Shown here one piece after another: positions 1 to 9,762 of a DNA stretch of 44,583 nt. The translations under genes and the position numbers were made by a program. Source of the stretch: Promethearchaeia archaeon. GTDB taxonomy: Archaea; Asgardarchaeota; Lokiarchaeia; Sigyniarchaeales; SOKP01. Positions within the stretch are counted from its first letter, which is position 1, and each line of letters opens with the position of its first letter. The notes beneath the pieces were generated by a model that was not told the origin of the DNA, did no database searches, and worked only from the letters and a program-made list of their open reading frames with translations. The stretch covers positions 1-44,583 of the forward strand of contig JAWOCD010000072.1 of NCBI GenBank assembly GCA_046483985.1, written 5' to 3'.

Positions 1-774
1 CCGGGCATCAGGTATCGCTTTAACCGTATGACGGTGGATGCTCCGACACATGAATTTTACCCGGATGTGCTGGACTGGGCGGTGAAACATCGCATAAACA
101 TTGGGGCGGGCTTCCCGGAGATTATAATCGGTATAATCCAATTCCACATTATCTATATCCCCTTCCTTATTGAGAACTTCCACGGTTAAATCAAAATCAG
201 TTCCCCGATAAGTGGAATAGATTCCCTTCTCATAGATGGGGGTTAATTCCTGATTAAAATTGCTATCTTTTCCCCAGACATTTACTATCCGAGGAGATGG
301 GTTATTAATATCAAGATTAAAGTTAAAATTTGTCACTTCTTCGTTATTCCTATAAGTTAAGTAAGCCACACATTTATCAGTTGCTACATCGAACTTATGA
401 GTTGCGTTCCACTCCTTATTATCTGAACTGTCGAGGTCTATTATGATATCTTCGCTTTCATGTTCTACAGTAATATTCACGTCATAGTCCTCAATTCCAG
501 AGAGATCAGGATCTGTCAAGGAGAAAAAGAGGGTATCGTTTTGAAAAAGGTAAAACGTTCCATTCCTGTATATTTTTGTATCATTTATCTTGAATGTACT
601 TACGTTTACGTTAGTACTCGACCTCGGAGAGTCGTACTTTGAGGTGTCATCTTCATCTTTACTCGCTGTTGTTTTTTCTAAGTTATTTGGAATATCTAAA
701 AACATTGCATGCATCGGCGCCAAAAATAGTAGTAGTAAAAATATTCCGCATAACTGTCTAATACGTTTTTGCAT
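1..774 (-). CDS. Partial secreted/cell-surface Ig-like-repeat protein (3' end runs off the window or into foreign sequence)
   Basis: ATG at 774 (minus strand) begins MQKRIRQLCGIFLLLLFLAPMHA (signal-like). Frame is open to position 1. Acidic with many N-x-T/S sequons. Segment NNPSPRIVNVW..YRGTDFDLTVEV resembles ENAAPVIHSL..YRTEKCEVEVNV of the 567-aa protein. Not in the ORF track because it has no stop. Confidence 0.8.
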   Translation of the reverse strand, partial: MQKRIRQLCGIFLLLLFLAPMHAMFLDIPNNLEKTTASKDEDDTSKYDSPRSSTNVNVSTFKINDTKIYRNGTFYLFQNDTLFFSLTDPDLSGIEDYDVNITVEHESEDIIIDLDSSDNKEWNATHKFDVATDKCVAYLTYRNNEEVTNFNFNLDINNPSPRIVNVWGKDSNFNQELTPIYEKGIYSTYRGTDFDLTVEVLNKEGDIDNVELDYTDYNLREARPNVYAMFHRPVQHIRVKFMCRSIHRHTVKAIPDAR

Positions 775-1083
775 ATTACATCTTTTTTTTAAATAATTTG
801 ATTCTATATTTTATAATATATAGATAATTGAATTTTTAAATTTTTAAAAATTATAGTGTTCATTTAAGAAATTATGATATTACGTGATATTTCTACTAAT
901 TTTCTGAAGAAAGGAAAAAAGATTTAAAGATTCTTATTAAATATCAAATCACTTCAAAAAATCATAACAAAAAAACCAAATTAATTCAATATTTATAAAG
1001 AATAAAAAAAATATCTTGAATTAGATTATGTTATTTTTATACAAAATTGAAAGTTACAAGAATATAAAACGTGATTTAATTTT

Positions 1084-4000
1084 ATGTTGAAAAAACGAAT
1101 AACATTGATAGTTATGTTTGCATTAGTATCCACATCTACTCCGTTTCTATATCAATATGTAATCGAACCGAGAGTTGATGGTGCTAATGTATCGCTTGAA
1201 ATAAATTCGATGCTTTATAACGGCGATGAAAGCGGTGACGAAGCCACTGGGTTTTCAGTGTATTTAACCTTAAAGAACGATGAGGATAACGAGGTAGTAT
1301 TAAGCCCAATTGAATGCGATGTCTATTATAGATCTGGAGAGAATTACCGGTTGATCGGGGAATTGACTACAGATACCGACTATGTGATTCCCGCAAACTC
1401 CGAGGTTTCTAGTGAGGCATCCGGAACGAATGCAGAACGAACCGATGAGAATAAGAGAACTCACAATATAAACCAAAATATTAAAGGACTGCTCAAAATA
1501 TCTAAGAAGTCCGGATTTGTCGATGGGGCAAACGATGCTTTTGTTTCATTAATTAATGATGGAACCATCGATCTCAAAATAAAGGGCAGTTCTCAATACG
1601 GACCTATCTCGATTCCTTTTGAACATGAAGAAGATGTCAAATTAAATTTAGAAATTTGGGATAGGGATTTGGAACTAAAGGATGTGTTTCTTTACCAAGG
1701 TGAAACCGGGAATGTTGATGAAAAAACCTTCATCATGCATACAAAAATGCAAAATCCCAGTAACCTTCCCTTGATAATAAGGGATTTTCAATTGGATTTC
1801 TACAATGACACGGACACCATAGTTGATCCGTTAACCCCAGAGGAACAAGTTGGATGGGGGCTTGATAGTGAGGATATCGCACAATCAATTGATCCTACTA
1901 ATACGAGTTCTCAGTTGAATGAAATCTATTTGGATGGCTATGATTACTACAGAATGGATCCGTTTGAAGAGACGGACCTATTTTTCGCGTTTAATTACAC
2001 TAATCCAGAAAAACCAGATTTTAACGGAAACATTAAGTGGTTTTTAACCAAATTATTGGATGAGAAAATAATTAAAGGAGTAACCATTAAAGGAGCTGCC
2101 GGATTGATCATAGGGCAAGAAGATAAAGGGTTTCCTGTGGATATGCACGATGAAGAAGACCATCTCAACATCGACGATATCGATATATATCAACAAAGTA
2201 TAAATACTCCGAAGGCGATGTTTGAAAACTTTTCTGTTGGAGATATTTCTATGAACGGTCTAAAAGTCAATACAAAAACCAAAGAGACTACCGTTGACAT
2301 GCAAGCCAATTTAACTCTTCGCAATCCCTATCGGTTTTCCTACGATGTTAGTGATTTTGCAGCGCTATACAAACATGAAGATGGGGGGGAGTTTGGCGAA
2401 ACTATAAATGAAACCTCAGCTGTCGTGGAGAAAGCTAAAAGAGTTTGGTCAGAATCTGAACAAGAATATCTTATTTCTCCGTCAAAAGCTCAATTACCCC
2501 TAAGTCTAACCACCACCTTCGACACCAGTGAAGATACGGCGGGAATTTTAAAAGTGGTGGAAGATTTGGGCGGCGATCCGGACTTATTGAATTTATCGAA
2601 CCCGTTTTGGATAGATAAAAATTCTCCTGAATATGAGCAGTGTCCGCTGCAAACGATTGAATATTTAATCTCACCTTCGGAAGGCGATTCGGTCAATCCG
2701 ATGACTTTAATGAACGAGGTGTCCCTGTTAGCACATGATAAGGTTTATCAACCGCTGGAAGGAGGGCATTTCGGACAAAAGGATAGAGATCCAACCAAGG
2801 TACAAAGCCAAGACGAGGAGGAAACGGCAATGCCGTATATTGGCGGCTCTTCCTTTCCTTATTCCGCTGAGGATTATTTGGCAGAGCCAGTAGATGTTGA
2901 AGAATGGGAAACTGACTTCTACAATACGGATATTAGGTCGCCAAACCAGTACGAAATTATTAAGAATACCTTAGATGATAATGGGGATTATTTCCCCCAC
3001 GATGATGATATAATAATGGGAGGAAGCTTAGAAGGAGCGATCTATGAATGGACGGATGCGGTAAAAACCGGAAATCCAAAGGATAGTACAGAAGGCCTAA
3101 CGTGGAGAGTTTATGAATCTGGTGGGCCTACCTGGGGTCACAGTTACGATTGGGTAGGATCTGCTTATGGAGATAGAGGTTATACCTTTGGTATGAGCCT
3201 AGATGAAGGAAATAATGTGATGGCATCGCAGAATTTTACCCTTGATGAGACGCTCTTTACAGATTCCGTTAAAACATCGGATTATGGGTTTGGTGAGAAC
3301 ATTGAAGAGGTCACCTTAAGCGCTTCCTATAAATATCTGGAAGAAAGTTATACAGAGGATGATGCGGCACTTCTCTTCAGCTGGTTTGATCCTGCTTCGG
3401 AAGAATATAGTTATGATAGATCCCTAGAGGTTGATGATGAAGAGCCCATGACAAGTGATGTGGGATTTGGAAGAGCCGGGTGGGAACTTCCCACCACAGA
3501 TGAATCAGAGTGGAATCAATTTTCCGTTGACCTTACAGAAGATTTTACGGATCGATTAGATAAATATTTGGATAACGAAAATGACACTGACTATTTGAAA
3601 GGAGAGATAAGTATAGGAGGAAGCCCTTCCGGAAGTGAGTCCTTAAAAGCTCATTTCGACGATATTGCCCTTCAAATTAAATACAAAGACCATGATCCAG
3701 AAAATTCTACGGGGGCGCTTGAATTACAAGAATTGTTTGATTATCTACAATCCGTGGATTCTGAAAAGGGTGACATGTTTAATCTCTTTGATGACTTGTC
3801 CTATGAAGGAGATATCGACGCAGTGGATTTCTGGAACTATACATCGGGAGACTCAAACGAGCTGGAAGAGGGTATGAATTTCTTTAGGTTTCTTGAATTT
3901 TTAGACGTACCGATTACTTCCCTCACCGATATATTACAGAATCAATATAAGGATCTTGAGATAGGGGAGCCTGCCAACTTTCTGGAGGCGCTCACTCAAA

Positions 4001-6090
4001 CTAGGTATCGGATTCAAACCCCGGAAGTTAAAAAAGAAGATAATACCGACACTTCGTATGGACCTCGTGAGGAAACAGATGACTATTGGGTCTTAGAAGA
4101 TCCGTATATGTTTTCTCAATCTTTTATGGATACGCTTTATCGAAATATTTTTAATGATAAATTATTTTCGGGAAATGAACTATGGTACTTATTAGAGAAT
4201 TTTGATGTTTCCATGAGTTGGGTGGTAATGTATTTATTAACCCATGGCTGGTCAAAGGATGACATTTTTGACGTGTTAGAAGCCTTGGGTTTTGGAAAAG
4301 AAACGAAAGAAGACTTTATAAGCGGTAGAGAAACAGGTACGCTTGAATTTCAAGTTGAACTCCATGTGGAAGTGTACGGGGACGAAGATCTTAGATATCC
4401 TACATTCACCTATGATATGGGAGATGTGATTATGGACGGCCAAGAGCAAATATTTGAATACCTAATTGCGGACTATACGGATGGAACAAACTTAGTTTAC
4501 AGCCATGGTGAGTTCGATGACGCGGATTCCGAAACTGTTTCGGGATCGGTCTATTGGGGAATTGTAAGCTACACGGCCACTGTGACTCCGGAAGAGTTCA
4601 CGCTAAAAATTAATATGGATCCTGGCGAGGCTGGCGGGACAATCGCCTCTCCTGATTCTGATTCCGATGATTATGACGAAGATTTTAAGGACGACTATTT
4701 CGATTTTAATAGGGATGGTTTGACCAGGGCGGGTGCAAAGCAACTCGCGCAAATGCTTAGGCTGGATTATAAATTTGAAGGCGAAACGTTTATACGACAA
4801 GGAGGGGATATTGTATCCTTATTTCAATTTTTAGATCAATATTGGTTCGGACATAGAGGTGGAGATGATGGGGTAGATTATAATTCTATGACCCTATTGA
4901 ATGCGTTTAACGTGTCAAGCCGTGATTTTGTTGATGTTATTACAGGATATAACAGAACGGCGGATGAATGGGATACAAATGAAAATGGAAGAGCGGACGA
5001 ATGGAGAGCTCCTAACTATTATGCCTCAGAAGATGAGCGAGACGCTTGGGGAGGATGGGGAACTAACTTTCGAGATAATCGGCTGTTTTATAACCCTGAT
5101 GGGAGTGATTATCCTAGTATTGGTCAAGAGGAAGGTGCAATTATTTGGTCAGATTCTCCTGATTTCGCTGACGATGACTATGAAGGTCATAGAGAGGGTG
5201 AGATTGACGTGGGTACGGATGAGATCAATATGGGAGCACCTCCGATTGTTGACGTTATGGATATGCTCTTTTGGTTAAGTGAAACGTATGGAAGACCCAC
5301 GCCAAATGAACTATTTGAATGGTTAGTTGGAGAGCTTGACGACGAGTATTACGATGCCATTGATCCGTTTGCCGAGAGTAAGCCTGGAAAAGTAGGAGAA
5401 GACTCATATAAAGGGGAGGGTAGTTTTGACGGTCTGACCAATTCGAAGGTCTGGCATCTATTCAGAAATGGCTCTTTAAATCCTACGGGCTTTTTTGAGT
5501 GGATGGAAAAAGAAAAATCCATTAGCAGTTTTAAATTTTTATCCAAATTGGAGGATACCACGGGATTATTTACTCCCGTAGATCTGCTCTTTTTCGCAAC
5601 AAGCCCTAATTTAGTTCGATATATTGACGATTCATTGTCATTCATGTATCATGATGCATTAAACTCGGGGACAGATGATCCAAATGATGATTTATGGGAC
5701 TATTTTGATCAAGAGAATTTCAACGAAGAAGAATTCTTTACTCTTTTGGATTCTGCGGGTTTTAATATATTCGATATTTTTACGGAATTACATATAGACC
5801 CTGCAAGCTGGTTGACCGTTTTGGATGAAGTGTATGGTTTACTGCCGATTGAAGTTATAAAACGAATGAAAAAGTTAGATCCAACAGCAGCGCAATATAT
5901 TGAACTGGATGAGGCTAATGGAAAAACGGTACTAGATATTTCTGCAAGTCTAACTATTACCTATAGTGGAATTGAATTAAAGGATATTGATGCGACAATA
6001 GCTCCTGATAAAGTCTTAACAGCCAAAGAGCACTTTGAGAACTTTATCCCACCGGAAGTCCTTCGTGGAGACAATTTCGAAATCATATAA
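1084..6090 (+). CDS. Giant acidic N-terminally anchored extracellular protein with tandem LEA_2/WHy-like domains, a jelly-roll-like insert and short helical repeats
   Basis: N-terminal hydrophobic helix. Three LEA_2-like starts: SVYLTLKNDEDNEVVLSPIECDVYY, MHTKMQNPSNLPLIIRDFQLDFY, QANLTLRNPYRFSYDVSDF. D/E-rich, 1668 aa. Confidence 0.75.
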   Translation: MLKKRITLIVMFALVSTSTPFLYQYVIEPRVDGANVSLEINSMLYNGDESGDEATGFSVYLTLKNDEDNEVVLSPIECDVYYRSGENYRLIGELTTDTDYVIPANSEVSSEASGTNAERTDENKRTHNINQNIKGLLKISKKSGFVDGANDAFVSLINDGTIDLKIKGSSQYGPISIPFEHEEDVKLNLEIWDRDLELKDVFLYQGETGNVDEKTFIMHTKMQNPSNLPLIIRDFQLDFYNDTDTIVDPLTPEEQVGWGLDSEDIAQSIDPTNTSSQLNEIYLDGYDYYRMDPFEETDLFFAFNYTNPEKPDFNGNIKWFLTKLLDEKIIKGVTIKGAAGLIIGQEDKGFPVDMHDEEDHLNIDDIDIYQQSINTPKAMFENFSVGDISMNGLKVNTKTKETTVDMQANLTLRNPYRFSYDVSDFAALYKHEDGGEFGETINETSAVVEKAKRVWSESEQEYLISPSKAQLPLSLTTTFDTSEDTAGILKVVEDLGGDPDLLNLSNPFWIDKNSPEYEQCPLQTIEYLISPSEGDSVNPMTLMNEVSLLAHDKVYQPLEGGHFGQKDRDPTKVQSQDEEETAMPYIGGSSFPYSAEDYLAEPVDVEEWETDFYNTDIRSPNQYEIIKNTLDDNGDYFPHDDDIIMGGSLEGAIYEWTDAVKTGNPKDSTEGLTWRVYESGGPTWGHSYDWVGSAYGDRGYTFGMSLDEGNNVMASQNFTLDETLFTDSVKTSDYGFGENIEEVTLSASYKYLEESYTEDDAALLFSWFDPASEEYSYDRSLEVDDEEPMTSDVGFGRAGWELPTTDESEWNQFSVDLTEDFTDRLDKYLDNENDTDYLKGEISIGGSPSGSESLKAHFDDIALQIKYKDHDPENSTGALELQELFDYLQSVDSEKGDMFNLFDDLSYEGDIDAVDFWNYTSGDSNELEEGMNFFRFLEFLDVPITSLTDILQNQYKDLEIGEPANFLEALTQTRYRIQTPEVKKEDNTDTSYGPREETDDYWVLEDPYMFSQSFMDTLYRNIFNDKLFSGNELWYLLENFDVSMSWVVMYLLTHGWSKDDIFDVLEALGFGKETKEDFISGRETGTLEFQVELHVEVYGDEDLRYPTFTYDMGDVIMDGQEQIFEYLIADYTDGTNLVYSHGEFDDADSETVSGSVYWGIVSYTATVTPEEFTLKINMDPGEAGGTIASPDSDSDDYDEDFKDDYFDFNRDGLTRAGAKQLAQMLRLDYKFEGETFIRQGGDIVSLFQFLDQYWFGHRGGDDGVDYNSMTLLNAFNVSSRDFVDVITGYNRTADEWDTNENGRADEWRAPNYYASEDERDAWGGWGTNFRDNRLFYNPDGSDYPSIGQEEGAIIWSDSPDFADDDYEGHREGEIDVGTDEINMGAPPIVDVMDMLFWLSETYGRPTPNELFEWLVGELDDEYYDAIDPFAESKPGKVGEDSYKGEGSFDGLTNSKVWHLFRNGSLNPTGFFEWMEKEKSISSFKFLSKLEDTTGLFTPVDLLFFATSPNLVRYIDDSLSFMYHDALNSGTDDPNDDLWDYFDQENFNEEEFFTLLDSAGFNIFDIFTELHIDPASWLTVLDEVYGLLPIEVIKRMKKLDPTAAQYIELDEANGKTVLDISASLTITYSGIELKDIDATIAPDKVLTAKEHFENFIPPEVLRGDNFEII

Positions 6091-6105
6091 ATCTTAATCA
6101 TAAAA

Positions 6106-6118
6106 TTTTTTTTTTTTT
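6106..6118 (+). terminator. Oligo-T archaeal-type terminator
   Basis: Run of 13 T starting 16 nt after the stop of the 1668-aa gene. Confidence 0.5.
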
Positions 6119-6627
6119 CTAATTTTTTGCTGTGTTGTTAATAATCCAAAAAGTTTAGTCTATAATTTTTAGATTTCTGATATTATATTATAATTATATT
6201 ATTAACTGACATTTTTGGATTACTGATGATAACTATCAGTAAAAGAACTAATGACATTTTTTAATTATTGTTTACAAACTTGAAATTTAAACACGGCTAT
6301 TTGCACCATTATTATAACAAGAAGTTTAAGGAACCCCTTTGAATCCTGAATTAATTTCCTTAAGAAGGAGATTCTACTTGGTCAGTTGGAGAAACAATTT
6401 TCGGGGGAAGATCGAAGGGATTTTAGATGAAGAAGTTACAGTTTGATCATACAAAAAATACAGCAATTAGTCGAGAAATTTTTGGAAAATTGATAACTTT
6501 TGAATATTCAGAATTTTTTTAATATCCTAACAATAAATTCTGATTAAAAAAAATTTTAAAGAGAAGAAAATTTTTTAAAGGTAAGTTTTTTAGTGCAAAG
6601 AGATTTTTAAGAAAATATACACATTAG

Positions 6628-9600
6628 ATGATGAATATTAAAGTTATTAACTCACACAAAAATAAAAGAAAGGGAAAAAAGTCCTTAAGAACCCTTTTTT
6701 GTCTGTTTTTTATAATGATTTTTGTTCTTAGTTCATTAAATTTAAATTATCCTCTTCACGATAATAATATCCAGGGAGAAAATCATTCTCCTGATAAATT
6801 AAATAAAGAAAGCCCTAAATCCGCTTTAAATTACTCCGATATAAAAGATCCGTTCACTGAGAACTTCGATCTGATGGAAGAGTTTTTTTCCGGGTATAAG
6901 TCCGATCTAAATTTTCGATTTAGACAAGGGAACGAATCGGGAAATATTATAGACGACACCATTTATTCGCTCGATAATCTGTTTCTCTATGATTCGTTGT
7001 TAGGGGAAAGAAGTTGCTGGGATATTCTGTATTCATATGCTTATGCAAGAGATTCTGCATTATATTTTGAAAAAAATATGACGAATCACAAATACGGATT
7101 TATAAAAAGTATAAACGGCACTGATGCTAATGGTGAAATAATAGACGGAAATAGATATTTATTAGATAATTTAATGCCAATCTTCTTATTTATAAATAAC
7201 TTTGATGATAGTACCATAGGAACGGAAGTTGACGGAAACAGTGCACTGGATTTTCTTGAGGAAGCTTTTGAACTTCTTAACTCTACTCAATTTTGGGATG
7301 AAACAAATAAAGGATTCCATGAATATAATTCATCTTCCGGAAACAAATATGCAATGGAAAATCTTTATGCTGTTCGAGCAATGCTCAAGCTTCAAGAAAC
7401 ATCTAAACTAAGCCACGAAATTAAAGAAAGAGCCGCATCTTTGGCGAATCAAACAATATCCAAGATAATGGAGGAGTTATGGGATACTGAGAATAAAGGT
7501 TTTAAACACTTCCGCGATGAATCTTGGGGAGATGGGGGAGCAGATAGTACTGATAAGTATTTAGAAGAAAACGCATTGGGGCTCATTACTTTGGTTGAGT
7601 ATTGGAAATATTCAAATAATAAAACTTACCTTCAGGATGCAGTTTCATTATATGAGAAGATCGTTGATGAATTATGGAATGAAACTTATAACGCCTTTGA
7701 ATATTACCGAGAGAATGATTGGGATGTGGACACTAGTGATATTGAGTCTGCCCGGAAAATTGACCTTAAAGCTAATGCTCTGATGATGAGAGCGTGTTCA
7801 GAACTTTTCGAAGTGACCGCAAATGACACCTATCATAACAAATCCTTAGAACTATATAATACCTTTGAAAGCTCATTTTTTGATACCTCTGTAAATGCAT
7901 ATAATAAATCGCTAGGAACGGTGGAGGACGGAAATAAAAATCTGTTATATAATCTTGAACTCTGCTCTGCCTATTTAGACGCTAAATCAATTTATAATAG
8001 ATCTTCATTAAATGCTGCTTTTAATAAATCAACGCCTGAATTTATCGTTAATGAGGAGGACCTCAAAGTGACTTCAAATTATACGTTAGATCTCTTCGAA
8101 TCAACCCAATATAATATCACGGGAGCAGATATTACCTATATTTTCAGATATCCCAATGGGACCATTTTTAACGAAACAGAAGAGCAAATTAAGGCTAAAT
8201 CTGTGGGGTCTATATCCGAAAAAATAAAAATAACTTGTGAGAATGATACCAACGGCGATCTTAATAATACCTATTTTAACCTCACTACTCCATCCCAAAA
8301 ATATCTTGTTTGGTTTAATCTTAGCGAATCAGGAGGTTCTGCACCTGAACCCGATAGCGATAGAGAACCGATTTCTATCGACACAATTGATGAAAATGCA
8401 ACAAAAGAACAAGTGGCGGCAAATTTAACCCAAATCCTTGATGAATACGAATACGAGAATGAAAATATTTTCGATGTGGAGCGAAATGATGAAAATATTA
8501 ACATTACAAATGTTGAACCGGGAATTGTGAAGGACACCTCATATGGTGATGTAACTACAAATTTTATATTTACAACCCTACAGCAAGGAGAAAATAAAAC
8601 AATCACTAGTCATGAATTAATTTATCCAATTACGGAAGATTTGCCCTTAAGTAGTAGCCCAAATCTCTATTCTATAACGATTATTGCCAATAAAAGTTTC
8701 TTCAAATTCGCGACCGAAACGCTTCATTTTGGTGTGGATTCGGGATTAGAAGCTGACACAATGGAGGGAATGGAGGGAACGGACCTATACCAAGGACAAA
8801 CCTTGAATATAACCCTTCCTATTAACAGTGACCGAGCTTCGAATATTACATTAAATGCATCATTGGAATCCCAGAATATGAAGAACCAGAGTGAAGAGGT
8901 AGAGGTGATTGCCGGCGATACGACAAATATTGAATTTAATTTGACAGCGTTATATGATGCAGATAGTGGGACCCAACCGTTTACCATTACGTTAAGACAC
9001 GGAGGTTATTTCTACTTGGAAGTTGAAGAATCTGTTGAGATTATAAGCGCTCTCGAGTATTCTAACTTAGTTTATCAAAAACAAGCCGTTTCTGGAGAGA
9101 CTTCCAAATTATCATTTAATCTAAAAAATCTCTTGCCCGATAATCAACAAAAAGTTAATTTGAGTATGGAAGGCGAATTCATCAAAAAAACCGAAAAAAA
9201 TATTAGTTTAGATGAAGAGGAAACAAAATATCTCTCATATACCTTAGAATTAAAGGATAATCTAAATGAAAGCTCTATTTCTGTAGGTTTGGAATTTAGA
9301 AAAGGCGAGAAAGTTATGATTTCAGAAATGTTACATATAGAAATTGTACGTGGCATAGAAATCAGTGATACCTCTTTTCCCGAAAAATGTGCTCAAGGTC
9401 GAGGGATTGTATTTACTATCTCCATTAAAAATAACCTTGAAGAGACTCAACCTTTCAAATTATTTATAAATGGTGAGGAAACGGAGGCGAGGATTACTCA
9501 ATTAACTCCTGGATCAAATACATTGGAAAAGGAGATTACTCCTACAATAAATCCCTACGAATTTGGAGAAAGGGGGTATATGATTGAAATAAAAGATGCT

Positions 9601-9756
9601 GATGGCAATACCTTATATAAGGTTTATAAAGATTTAGAAATAACTTTATCAACTGTTAACTTAGTGCTTTTTTACCTCATTCCAATTATTGCTCCAATTG
9701 GAATCTTTCTATATTATAAAAACAAGGATATTAAAACTCAACTATTAAGGAGATAA
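6628..9756 (+). CDS. Membrane-anchored extracellular protein: six-hairpin glycosidase-like (alpha/alpha)6 barrel, Ig-like domains and C-terminal TM
   Basis: N-terminal hydrophobic helix. Six recurring helix starts (IYSLDN, RYLLDN, KYAMEN, KYLEEN, IDLKAN, KNLLYN) and repeated W(D/N)E..KGF motifs. Beta-rich C-terminal half and TM LVLFYLIPIIAPIGIFLYY. Confidence 0.7.
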   Translation: MMNIKVINSHKNKRKGKKSLRTLFCLFFIMIFVLSSLNLNYPLHDNNIQGENHSPDKLNKESPKSALNYSDIKDPFTENFDLMEEFFSGYKSDLNFRFRQGNESGNIIDDTIYSLDNLFLYDSLLGERSCWDILYSYAYARDSALYFEKNMTNHKYGFIKSINGTDANGEIIDGNRYLLDNLMPIFLFINNFDDSTIGTEVDGNSALDFLEEAFELLNSTQFWDETNKGFHEYNSSSGNKYAMENLYAVRAMLKLQETSKLSHEIKERAASLANQTISKIMEELWDTENKGFKHFRDESWGDGGADSTDKYLEENALGLITLVEYWKYSNNKTYLQDAVSLYEKIVDELWNETYNAFEYYRENDWDVDTSDIESARKIDLKANALMMRACSELFEVTANDTYHNKSLELYNTFESSFFDTSVNAYNKSLGTVEDGNKNLLYNLELCSAYLDAKSIYNRSSLNAAFNKSTPEFIVNEEDLKVTSNYTLDLFESTQYNITGADITYIFRYPNGTIFNETEEQIKAKSVGSISEKIKITCENDTNGDLNNTYFNLTTPSQKYLVWFNLSESGGSAPEPDSDREPISIDTIDENATKEQVAANLTQILDEYEYENENIFDVERNDENINITNVEPGIVKDTSYGDVTTNFIFTTLQQGENKTITSHELIYPITEDLPLSSSPNLYSITIIANKSFFKFATETLHFGVDSGLEADTMEGMEGTDLYQGQTLNITLPINSDRASNITLNASLESQNMKNQSEEVEVIAGDTTNIEFNLTALYDADSGTQPFTITLRHGGYFYLEVEESVEIISALEYSNLVYQKQAVSGETSKLSFNLKNLLPDNQQKVNLSMEGEFIKKTEKNISLDEEETKYLSYTLELKDNLNESSISVGLEFRKGEKVMISEMLHIEIVRGIEISDTSFPEKCAQGRGIVFTISIKNNLEETQPFKLFINGEETEARITQLTPGSNTLEKEITPTINPYEFGERGYMIEIKDADGNTLYKVYKDLEITLSTVNLVLFYLIPIIAPIGIFLYYKNKDIKTQLLRR

Positions 9757-9762
9757 TTGTAA

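Noticed and set aside
460-796. Plus-strand 60- and 68-aa ORFs
   Set aside because: Antisense shadows of the real minus-strand gene starting at 774.
6200-6470. Short hairpin ACTGATG/TATCAGT, repeated TGACATTTTT and a ~35-codon TTG ORF in the 540-bp spacer
   Set aside because: Too short and AT-rich to separate from chance.
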